Source of the DNA: an uncultured bacterium
GTDB lineage: Bacteria > Chlamydiota > Chlamydiia > Chlamydiales > 2-12-FULL-49-11
Reading direction: 5' to 3'
Assembly: GCA_964477345.1 (NCBI GenBank)
Contig: CAYZDL010000001.1
Span: 63,924 to 127,923 of the forward strand
DNA: 64,000 nucleotides
The notes under the pieces are model-generated. The model did not search any database. It was not told where the DNA came from and saw only the letters and a program-made list of their open reading frames with translations. Below are positions 55,941-64,000 of the stretch, piece after piece; position 1 is the first letter of the stretch; every line of letters starts with the position of its first letter. The translations under genes were made by a program, and so were the position numbers.

Positions 55941-56308
55941 GCAAAGGGTGAGACGCCAAGATGGGTCTCATCGAATTTCTCTTTGGTTTTCAGACCGATT
56001 CCTAACATCCTGTCAAAATTGATGTGACAAAACCATACCAAGGCCAACTTGATTAAAAGTTGCTGTCCGGTAAAATACCCAACCACACCTAGAATCAGAG
56101 GCCCCACTTCCGAATGGAGTAGATTGTAGGAGATTCCACCTACTTTTGAATTGATAGCATACCCCAAAATCCCAAGATCGGGGATCAAAATACAAAAAGC
56201 AAATAGAATCCACGATCCTTGCAAAAAATGGAAAGCCGCCAAACTCAACGTAAGCCAAAGAGTTGCTTCAAGCCTAAGAAATCCGGTGGCAAAATTCTGT
56301 GTACTCAT
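55931..56308 (-). CDS. DUF4260 family membrane protein
   Basis: 'LIPDLGILGYAINSKVGGISYNLLHSEVGP' and 'HINFDRMLGIGLK' match my memory of the DUF4260 pattern. Confidence 0.55.
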   Translation of the reverse strand: MSTQNFATGFLRLEATLWLTLSLAAFHFLQGSWILFAFCILIPDLGILGYAINSKVGGISYNLLHSEVGPLILGVVGYFTGQQLLIKLALVWFCHINFDRMLGIGLKTKEKFDETHLGVSPFAKK

Positions 56309-56651
56309 TGAAATTATGATAATACTTGAAATTAGATATTTTCAAGCAATCCGATACATTCATCCCGATTTTTCTGAACCTAAATCGACCATCTTTTGCA
56401 ACAGCTGGGTATTCAGAACTTCAATCAACCTACCACGATCATCATATGTACAACACCCTTTTGCAATAACGAGGTGAATAGCGGCATTGTTCCTAGACTT
56501 TATTGCAAGGTAAGTAATGGACCATCTTCACCCATAACCGGTTCATCGAGATAATCCTTCTCCAAAGCTATAATGATTAAAAATAATATTTACAAAATAA
56601 AAGCGCCCCATAAGTAAATCTGGGGCACTTATTTAAACATACACTAGGCTA

Positions 56652-58907
56652 CTATTTCGCAGCTGGAGCCACTGGAGTCAAATCAACATCCCATTGTTGG
56701 TTGTTCACCCACGCGTTGTTATCCATCGGCTGAAGATTCGTCTTATCTTCTAAAATAGTTCCGAAGTAAATTTGCTCCGTTCTTGGATTAAAGTGGGCAC
56801 AAAAGTAGATATCTTTTGTTCCTTCATTCCAATTCGTAAAGGCAAACCGGATAGCTGACTGCGACAAAATTTGCTTAGCATTCTCATTTAGATTTTGAAG
56901 CAGTACGGTATCTATGGCAAGAGCCACTTCATTGGCCTGATTTTGATCAGAACCCAAGAGTTGGTTTACACCGTCGACAAGTTTTTGAGCAAAAGTCTGC
57001 ACGCTAAGATTTTGTCTACTCAAAGTTGAAACGAGCTGCTGATAGCTAGTTGCGTCAGGCAGCGCATTTGAAATGTAATTGTAGACGTTGGCTGTCACAG
57101 CTTGAACAATATCTAGAGTGACTATTTGTTGCGATACTTGCAGCCCAGGAACCTTTACTTGTTTCATTAACCAAGTGCTTACTGGCTTACCACTGTTAAC
57201 ATAAGCAGTAATGTCAGGATTCTTTGGCATAAAATTGAATGCATGCTGGGGGCTATCCATAGGCACCATGTCAGCAGTCGCCTTTGGCGCAAGGGTTAAA
57301 CACCAAGAAATTAAATCTTCCATGTTTTTAGCTATGTGACTTTGCACATTTGAATCATAGGTAGCTTGTGTGTCAACATCATCAACTTCAAACGGATTAT
57401 CTCCATCACAACTTTGCATAGGTGTTCTAGCAAGTTTTGTGTAGTTATCAACCGGGTCAGATTCACTTTGATTTGACTGATCATATGCCCAAAGAACATT
57501 TTTCAAAAAATCATCCGACTGCACGACAGCTGTCAATTGATTGCCAATATCCATTTGACCCAAGCTACCTGCTGTCAAAGCGATCGCATCTAAGACTAAT
57601 TGTCTAAAATCTTGAGGCGTTGCGATTCGATTGCCTAGCACGGTGGGGGCCGTAGGAATCCTTTCATAAAGCTGGAATCCCCCACTTGTAGAACTGCCAT
57701 CTGAAGAGACTTGCGCAAGAGGGATATTTAAATTGTACAAAAGCCTATAAGACGAATTGAAAGTATCAGTAAAGACTTTCTGAAACTGATCGATTCCACT
57801 TGTGCCCGATAGACTATCCCAAGTTGACTGCAGAGCTTGAGCGACACAATTGTTGACGTTTCCTCTTGTAGAATCAGTAGATTTATCCTCAGCCATAGCG
57901 GCAAAAGCGGCTTCTAAACCACGCATGATGGGGCTGCTTGTTAATGAGCTAAAAGCATAATAACCCAAAGAGCTTAGACTAGACGAATCGGCTTCCGTAC
58001 TTGAGCTAATCACTTGTGCAATTGCATCAATCACCTGTGATGGGGTCACTTGAAGAGGATCACCCTGAGCATTTTGACTAAGAACTTGCATAATCGAATT
58101 TGTTAGATCAGCCACACCATTTCCTCCCATCAAATCGCGCGCTGCGGCAAATCCAGGTGCATCAAAGAGTGAATAACTAGTATTGGGAAATTGTCCTGAT
58201 GCAGAAATATTGATCGATTGACTCAAATCATTATCAGCTAAACTTGGAAGAAAGAAAAAGTAATCGACAGTTTTGTTGACAGGACGTTGCAACATCCCAT
58301 TCATAATGATTGCTTTATAATCTTGTGCGGCATGGGCGTAATAGTCTTTATGGTCGCGAAGCACATCAGCTACAGCAAAACAATCTCCTACAGGTCCTTG
58401 GTTGTAAGAACATAGCATGGTTGCAAGTAATGCAACTTTTGCATGTCTATCCGTGATTGTGTCATCGGGTTTTAAGCTAAATAGTGCACGGAGGAGTGTT
58501 TGACAAAGTGTGTTAGAACTATCTGGAGCCTTCACACCTGCTAAGAATGTTTGCCATGATTGGTCTAGCTGACTGAGAATTTTTACCATGTTCTCTTCAT
58601 ATTCTTGTGGATTAGAAGGAATAAATGACGATTTTACGTTAGCACACATCCCTAAATTTAGGGTTCCATTACCATTGACCAGAAGGTCTGCCATGATAAG
58701 AGCCTGCTTCATTGCAAAAGCCAAATCTGGATTTTGAACGTTCAGACTCTTTTGTAGAGCAGCATACTGAGACAAATTAGTCAGAGCTTGCTGAACACTT
58801 GACGTATCTGTCATCGCTACTCGCTTAGGTGCACTTTCTACGACACCTGGCGCACTTACAACACACATCATTGTTAAGATTACAAAAACAGACGGTATAT
58901 TCTTCAT
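56652..58907 (-). CDS. large secreted protein with papain/calpain-like Cys-protease active-site motif
   Basis: GGAGG RBS before the ATG at 58907, and a signal peptide. 'SYNQGPVGDCFAVADV' places Gln 6 residues before Cys, as in clan CA peptidases. Downstream His/Asn candidates are 'QHAFNF', 'TNWNEG' and 'FCAHFNP...ILED'. Confidence 0.55.
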   Translation of the reverse strand: MKNIPSVFVILTMMCVVSAPGVVESAPKRVAMTDTSSVQQALTNLSQYAALQKSLNVQNPDLAFAMKQALIMADLLVNGNGTLNLGMCANVKSSFIPSNPQEYEENMVKILSQLDQSWQTFLAGVKAPDSSNTLCQTLLRALFSLKPDDTITDRHAKVALLATMLCSYNQGPVGDCFAVADVLRDHKDYYAHAAQDYKAIIMNGMLQRPVNKTVDYFFFLPSLADNDLSQSINISASGQFPNTSYSLFDAPGFAAARDLMGGNGVADLTNSIMQVLSQNAQGDPLQVTPSQVIDAIAQVISSSTEADSSSLSSLGYYAFSSLTSSPIMRGLEAAFAAMAEDKSTDSTRGNVNNCVAQALQSTWDSLSGTSGIDQFQKVFTDTFNSSYRLLYNLNIPLAQVSSDGSSTSGGFQLYERIPTAPTVLGNRIATPQDFRQLVLDAIALTAGSLGQMDIGNQLTAVVQSDDFLKNVLWAYDQSNQSESDPVDNYTKLARTPMQSCDGDNPFEVDDVDTQATYDSNVQSHIAKNMEDLISWCLTLAPKATADMVPMDSPQHAFNFMPKNPDITAYVNSGKPVSTWLMKQVKVPGLQVSQQIVTLDIVQAVTANVYNYISNALPDATSYQQLVSTLSRQNLSVQTFAQKLVDGVNQLLGSDQNQANEVALAIDTVLLQNLNENAKQILSQSAIRFAFTNWNEGTKDIYFCAHFNPRTEQIYFGTILEDKTNLQPMDNNAWVNNQQWDVDLTPVAPAAK

Positions 58908-59020
58908 TAAGACCTCCACGTTTTAATTTTTTGATTTTCAAAAATATGCGATTTTTGAAAATTCATGACCAGTTATAGTCTTAATGAACTATTTTTTACA
59001 AAAAAAAATATAAGGGACTT

Positions 59021-59666
59021 TTAGTTTGTGGGAGATTCTTTGATGTGCAAAGTGCGATACACTTGATCTATTTGATCTAGTCCTGAAACATCAAATCCGA
59101 GTTTTTTTACTAAACCGGTGTATACATCAAATATCCAAGCATGGACAGTAAGACTTTTACCTCTCGACCAAGCTCCCTGCACAATCGTTGACATTCAGCG
59201 CTTGATAGATCGCATTTCTTTCAGCTAACATATCGATTCTCTTCTGTTTATCGACGATTTTCATAATCTCTTCCTTTTCGGCAAAATAGACATCGCGAAT
59301 GTGTCTTAACCAATTGTCAACTAACCCAAACTGAGCAGTTTCCATTGCAGCTGTCACTCCCCCACACCGGTAATGGCCGCAAATAATGATATGATCGACA
59401 CCAAGATAGTTTACCCCATATTCGATCACAGACAAAACATTGAAGTCTGTATGGGGACAAATATTTGCAATATTACGGTGAACAAACATTTCTCCTGGTC
59501 GCAATCCCAAAATCTTCTCAGCAGGAATCCGACTATCAGAACATCCAATCCACAAATATTTAGGTTTTTGCATCATTGAAGAATCAATAAAAGCCCGAGG
59601 ATCTTCTTCAATAATCGATGCCGCCCACTTCCGATTGTTTTCCATCAACGCTTCGATCTCATCCAT
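59021..59666 (-). pseudogene. can: beta-class carbonic anhydrase, frameshifted
   Basis: The N-terminal 169 aa carry 'CSDSR' and 'GHYRCGG'. The conserved C-terminus 'TIVQGAWSRGKSLTVHAWIFDVYTGLV...' continues in another frame, with the shift near 59185-59200. Confidence 0.7.
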
Positions 59667-59705
59667 ATATCTCCTTTTTCGATGAACTGTTATCGTATCA
59701 AAAAT

Positions 59706-59855
59706 CTAATGTCTTTTGAAGTACTGAATTTCTCTCTCGTGTTGTTCAGCCTGAGCGCGTGTTGCAAAGGTACCGAGATTACGGCGTTTACCTGTTTTTG
59801 GATTCTTTTTTCTCGAATAGAGCCGGTACCCACCTGAAGGGAGTTTTCGAATCAT
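59706..59855 (-). CDS. small conserved basic protein (49 aa)
   Basis: 'MIRKLPSGGYRLYSRKKNPKTGKRRNLGTFATRAQAEQHEREIQYFKRH'. It resembles a widely conserved small hypothetical protein I recall from intracellular gamma-proteobacteria and chlamydiae. Its ATG overlaps the dps stop (ATGA). Confidence 0.5.
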   Translation of the reverse strand: MIRKLPSGGYRLYSRKKNPKTGKRRNLGTFATRAQAEQHEREIQYFKRH

Positions 59856-60316
59856 AACTCACTTCTCAACTTCCATGCATAGACTTCAAGTTGACGAATG
59901 ATACCCCCTAATAGATCGACAAGCCCATCATCTCCAGCCGCCTCAGCCTCCTTTGATAGTTTTCTGAATGAAATGAAGCAGGCTTCATTGGCTTCAGCCA
60001 ATTTTTGGAGAATCTCCTCCCTTCCTGCCTCTTCAGAAAAAGGTCTCAAAGTCGCCTTATCTGAAAAAATTTTTAGTGAGGTAGGCACCTTATGCCCCAT
60101 AAGACGAATCCTCTCAGCCAAAGCATCCCCTGTTTCAGAATGGGTTTCAACCTGCTTTTCAAGCATTTCGTGAATGGAAATAAATTCTTTACCTTCATAG
60201 TTCCAATGACCACTTAACGTCATAAAATAGAGTGCATAGGTATCTGCGAGAGCCTGCGAAAGCCCTTCGAGAACCCTCTCTACTTTATTTGATGACAATC
60301 CGAAATTAACTTTCAT
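59852..60316 (-). CDS. dps: Dps-family ferritin-like DNA-binding protein
   Basis: The internal ATG gives 'MKVNFGLSSNKVERVLEGLSQALADTYALYFMTLSGHWNYEG..FISIHEMLE', which carries the Dps ferroxidase-site helices. The upstream part of the listed ORF overlaps the divergent flavoprotein gene. Confidence 0.8.
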   Translation of the reverse strand: MKVNFGLSSNKVERVLEGLSQALADTYALYFMTLSGHWNYEGKEFISIHEMLEKQVETHSETGDALAERIRLMGHKVPTSLKIFSDKATLRPFSEEAGREEILQKLAEANEACFISFRKLSKEAEAAGDDGLVDLLGGIIRQLEVYAWKLRSEL

Positions 60317-60457
60317 ACTGACTCCTAATAATTTAGTAAAATTGATAAGTAAAATTTCACCTATATCAATATTAATAATCAAAAAATCACATTTATTGCA
60401 CAACCTAAGTTCGACGAATACTATGCGAAAATCACCTCTGCTGATACACTCTAAGGC

Positions 60458-61615
60458 ATGAATTTTGATCTTGTCGTCATAGGAGGAGGTGCTGCTGGTT
60501 TTTTCGCCGCTCTCACCGCCAAAAAGGCAAACCCCTATGCAAAAATTATTATCATTGAAAAAACGGCGCAACTTTTATCCAAAGTTCGCATCTCGGGTGG
60601 AGGACGATGCAACGTCACCCACAACTGCTTTGATCCCAAGGAACTTATAAAAAACTACCCACGAGGTTCTAAAGAACTGCTCGGACCGTTTACCCGATTC
60701 TCTCCCAAAGATACGATTGAATGGTTTGAATCAAGGGGGGTGGAGCTAAAAGCTGAAGAGGATGGAAGGATCTTTCCTGTCACCGATTCCTCTCAAACCA
60801 TCATTGATTGCCTAGTCAATGAGGCTCGCCATCTCGGCGTTGAAATTCAAACCCAGACCCGTATAGAAACAATTGATAGAGAGTCTGATCGATTCATCCT
60901 TGGTTCTGAGGGAGAAGAAATTTACACTTATAAATTACTCCTCGCTACGGGAAGTTCTCCCCAAGGGCATGCATGGGCTAAGGCTCTTGGTCATACGATT
61001 GAACCCCTTATCCCTTCACTTTTTACTTTCCATTCACCGGCGTCACAATTAAAAGAATTGTCAGGGGTATCGGTGGAAAATGTCGAAGTGAGGCTTGAAA
61101 ACAGAACGGTAAGGCAACGAGGCCCGCTATTGATTACCCACTTTGGATTTAGTGGGCCTGCAATCATTAAACTCTCTGCCTGGGAAGCCCCCTACCTTTT
61201 TGAAAACAATTATAAAGCAACACTAATCATTAATTGGCTACCCCATTTGACACCCGCTCAAGTCAAAGCAGGACTTGAGGAGAAAGGGAACCGCTTTAAT
61301 CTACCTAAATCACTATGGAGCTTACTTTCTCCTTCGACTTTGCAAGCTGATCGTTATGAAATTGATGGAAAGACAATGTTCAAGAAAGAATTCGTTACCT
61401 GTGGAGGGATCAAACGATCCGAAATCAATTTTAAGACAATGGAGAGCAAAGTATGTCCCAGCCTCTACTTTACCGGTGAAGTACTCGACATTGATGGGGT
61501 TACGGGCGGTTTTAACTTTCAAAACGCCTGGACAACCGCCTACATTGCCGGAAATTCTCTTGACTTACCGGCAGAAATCGGAGAAAATCAAGAGACTTTA
61601 ATCAATCATCCGTGA
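60458..61615 (+). CDS. HI0933/YhiN-family NAD(P)/FAD-dependent oxidoreductase
   Basis: 'DLVVIGGGAAGFFAAL', 'ISGGGRCNVTH' and a C-terminal 'GEVLDIDGVTGGFNFQNAW'. Confidence 0.8.
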   Translation: MNFDLVVIGGGAAGFFAALTAKKANPYAKIIIIEKTAQLLSKVRISGGGRCNVTHNCFDPKELIKNYPRGSKELLGPFTRFSPKDTIEWFESRGVELKAEEDGRIFPVTDSSQTIIDCLVNEARHLGVEIQTQTRIETIDRESDRFILGSEGEEIYTYKLLLATGSSPQGHAWAKALGHTIEPLIPSLFTFHSPASQLKELSGVSVENVEVRLENRTVRQRGPLLITHFGFSGPAIIKLSAWEAPYLFENNYKATLIINWLPHLTPAQVKAGLEEKGNRFNLPKSLWSLLSPSTLQADRYEIDGKTMFKKEFVTCGGIKRSEINFKTMESKVCPSLYFTGEVLDIDGVTGGFNFQNAWTTAYIAGNSLDLPAEIGENQETLINHP

Positions 61616-61691
61616 GTCTCCACCAATGAACAAGTAACCTTTTCTTAAATAGACCATTTAACTAAACAGAAGAATAAGAAAAGGAGTACTT

Positions 61692-62306
61692 ATGTTGGAT
61701 CCATCCATCATCAACCCCGTCATGGCCCCTGCCAGAGATGTGGTTTTTTTAAAAAACATCATCACTAGCCCAAATATTGAAGTGGGAGATTATACCTACT
61801 ACCACGATTTTGACGGTCCCGAAAGATTTCAGACACACAATGTCTTCTTCCCCTATCTTGCAAAATTGAAAATTGGGAAATTTTGTCAGATTGGAATGGG
61901 AACCACATTCATTTTAAGTAGCGCTAACCATCAAATGAGCGGCTTTTCGACTTTTCCCTTTTTTATTTTCGGCAAAGAGTATAGCGATTACAACCTCGAT
62001 CTTCCTTATAAAGGAGATAACATCGTTGGCAACGATGTCTGGTTTGGTCGCAATTCTGTGGTGATGCCGGGAGTTAAAATCGGCGACGGTGCAATTATCG
62101 GAGCTTATGCTGTAGTGACAAAGGATGTCGACCCTTACACGATCGTTGGTGGAAACCCTGCGAAAGTGATCCGAAAGCGTTTTGATGAGACTACCATCAA
62201 AACGCTTCAGGAAATTGGGTGGTGGGATTGGGAGATTGAAAAAATCACCCGAATGATCCCCCACATTGTTGGTGGCAACATCGAGGCGTTATTATCAGGA
62301 ATTTGA
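61692..62306 (+). CDS. xenobiotic (Vat/CatB-type, streptogramin A-like) hexapeptide acetyltransferase
   Basis: 'ITSPNIEVGDYTYY', hexapeptide repeats 'GNDVWFGRNSVVMPGVKIGDGAIIGAYAVV', and 'VGGNPAKVIRKRF'. Confidence 0.8.
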   Translation: MLDPSIINPVMAPARDVVFLKNIITSPNIEVGDYTYYHDFDGPERFQTHNVFFPYLAKLKIGKFCQIGMGTTFILSSANHQMSGFSTFPFFIFGKEYSDYNLDLPYKGDNIVGNDVWFGRNSVVMPGVKIGDGAIIGAYAVVTKDVDPYTIVGGNPAKVIRKRFDETTIKTLQEIGWWDWEIEKITRMIPHIVGGNIEALLSGI

Positions 62307-64000
62307 TTTCCCCTCGTCCGGGCATCCTCCTTGAATGTAGGGTGCCCCTGTTCCATCACAATTCATTGTCTCCACTCCATCTTGACCACAATAAGGATTA
62401 ACAGGGGGCTGCTGACAGACATTTGCTAACCAGTAGCGTAAGTAAGAGAATATATACCCTTCAGGAACTTGCTGCTTATTTTGATTAATATCATACATCA
62501 AAGATGTAGCGCTATCGAGAGCTCCCCATGGTGCCTTTCTAAAAACATCTCCAGGGACCATTGCAGCTGCGAATACGCCGAGCCTGAGCATGTCTTCTCT
62601 AGCAAAAATAAGTCGATATCTTGCATTGACATGGTTATCTGGAGGGCGATTCTCATCAAATCTCCAAAGAGATTCGGCAAAAGCAGCTCCCCTGGGCCAC
62701 AATTGCTGATCCAAATTAACAGGATCAAACTGTTCTCCCCACATACAGATCTCAACCCCCGCAACCGGCAATTTTATTTTTGTAGCTGTCGTTAAATAGG
62801 TTGGATTGTTGAGATAAATTTCTTCCCAAGAGAGCGCCCACCCTGTTGAAGGATTCGTACCCGCTGGAATCCCTGGATAAGTTGTCATCCATTGTTTTTG
62901 ATGGATAATTTTTGGCTCCCCATCACTATTTTTAGTTCCTAAGGGTCCACCCCAAACAAAGTTGTTCCCCTGCCCACCGCTGTCAACATAATAGAAAGTC
63001 GACTGAGAATTGATAAATTTAAACCCTTTCGCTGCCAACTCATTGAGTTGTCCTGGGGCATTCGCATCAATGGTCCAAAATTGAAACCAAACTTTTTCTG
63101 GATCAACTTTAATGACCTCCTGAAACTTCCCATCTTTAAAGTTGCTGACTAAGATCTGATCGACCCACATGACTGTGTGAAGTTGAGGATGGTTTTCTTG
63201 TATCCATGGCAATAGCCAATTAGCATATTGTTCTGAATAAGGACCAAAAGCATTTTCACAAGAGGGCGCATGACACTGACCATCATGAAAATTAGCACAA
63301 CCCACCTCATCAAACCCAATGTGGATGTAAGAACCATACCCCTCTTGCCCAACACTAAAGGCATCGATCACTTCGTTCCAAACATTCGCAACAACCTCTT
63401 TAATTCTTAAAAATTGCTCTTTAATATTCAGAAAACCACAAGGAGGTTCCGGACAACACATTTCGGTTTGATATTCACCATCTAGGCAAGCCATAATCTC
63501 AGGAAAACCACAGGCCCAAGAAGCCGTATGACCCGGCGTGTCAACTTCTGGAACAACAATGATCCCTCTTGCACGTGCATAATTAACAATTTCTCGAATA
63601 TCAGAACGGGAGTAAACTTCTTTAGATGAAAAGGCTCCGGTGTTTCCTTGATACTTTCCAAGGGCAATCCTTTTTGTGTATGGCCCCACTTTCAATGGAA
63701 AGCTTTGTCCATCGGTAATATGTAAGTGAAGAATGTTTAATTTATTAAAAGCCATTGCTCTAATCTGTCTTTTAATTACAGGAACAGGGAGAAATTGGCG
63801 GGCTGCATCGAGCATCACAGAACGGTATGAAATCGAAGGACCATCTACAATTCTAAGGGGGGCATTTTCAATTACGTATCGACCCTTCTTTCGACGGATA
63901 AGCTGTTGAAGTGTCATCAATCCCCACACAGCTCCCACGTAAGAATTTGCAACAATTTTGATACCATCTTCATTCACCACTAACTCGTAACACTCGCACA
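62295..64000 (-). CDS. GH20 beta-hexosaminidase (partial; N-terminus lies beyond the window end)
   Basis: 'RSVMLDAARQF', 'NILHLHITDGQSFP', 'VPEVDTPGHT' and 'HIGFDEV' (the catalytic D-E pair). The frame stays open to position 64000. Confidence 0.85.
   Translation of the reverse strand, partial: CECYELVVNEDGIKIVANSYVGAVWGLMTLQQLIRRKKGRYVIENAPLRIVDGPSISYRSVMLDAARQFLPVPVIKRQIRAMAFNKLNILHLHITDGQSFPLKVGPYTKRIALGKYQGNTGAFSSKEVYSRSDIREIVNYARARGIIVVPEVDTPGHTASWACGFPEIMACLDGEYQTEMCCPEPPCGFLNIKEQFLRIKEVVANVWNEVIDAFSVGQEGYGSYIHIGFDEVGCANFHDGQCHAPSCENAFGPYSEQYANWLLPWIQENHPQLHTVMWVDQILVSNFKDGKFQEVIKVDPEKVWFQFWTIDANAPGQLNELAAKGFKFINSQSTFYYVDSGGQGNNFVWGGPLGTKNSDGEPKIIHQKQWMTTYPGIPAGTNPSTGWALSWEEIYLNNPTYLTTATKIKLPVAGVEICMWGEQFDPVNLDQQLWPRGAAFAESLWRFDENRPPDNHVNARYRLIFAREDMLRLGVFAAAMVPGDVFRKAPWGALDSATSLMYDINQNKQQVPEGYIFSYLRYWLANVCQQPPVNPYCGQDGVETMNCDGTGAPYIQGGCPDEGKSNS

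Noticed and set aside
56310-56650. Minus-strand fragments ('...AIHLVIAKGCCTYDDRGRLIEVLNTQLLQKM...') as a gene remnant
   Set aside because: The fragments are broken by stops and I could not recognise a family.

Overview
The window reads as a gene-dense chromosomal segment from an obligate-intracellular, Chlamydia-related bacterium. That assignment is an inference from gene content: a roughly 630-aa LepB, a class I eukaryote-like IleRS, a TyrP-type permease, a MOMP/Legionella-type porin, a tmRNA whose tag resembles chlamydial tags, and many Sec-signal or hydrophobic-N-terminus hypotheticals. Housekeeping genes I can support are lepB, a yqeY-like gene, ileS, ssrA (tmRNA), a cyclophilin, ada/ogt, alr, a nagZ-like gene, msrB-msrA, pepT, csp, mscS, a DEAD-box helicase, dps, and several MFS/DMT/APC transporters. 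These are interleaved with accessory genes. The standout is 22.1-25.2 kb on the minus strand. It holds a 577-aa Sec/TM-anchored protein whose C-terminal ~100 aa look like a polymorphic-toxin module (Ntox50-like, recalled from memory). A translationally coupled array of four small paralogous immunity-like genes follows immediately. They are arranged as a 686-bp tandem duplication with a 313-bp perfectly identical core. Other observations worth follow-up: a 167-nt rod-like structured element between ileS and ssrA; a 755-aa secreted protein with a calpain/papain-like QGPVGDC motif; a 916-aa HAD-like/DUF218-like fusion protein; a hydrophobic-N-terminus GH1-like protein; a cysteine-free secreted peroxiredoxin-fold protein; and lipid- or glycan-acting candidates (EEP, PLC-like, eukaryote-type cytidylyltransferase, GH20). 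There is also a clear trail of gene decay: upp, pip, racemase, P-loop kinase and AlkB-like remnants, plus a frameshifted carbonic anhydrase. I found no rRNA, tRNA, CRISPR array, transposase or integrase. All family assignments come from motif recognition by eye and no searches were run.
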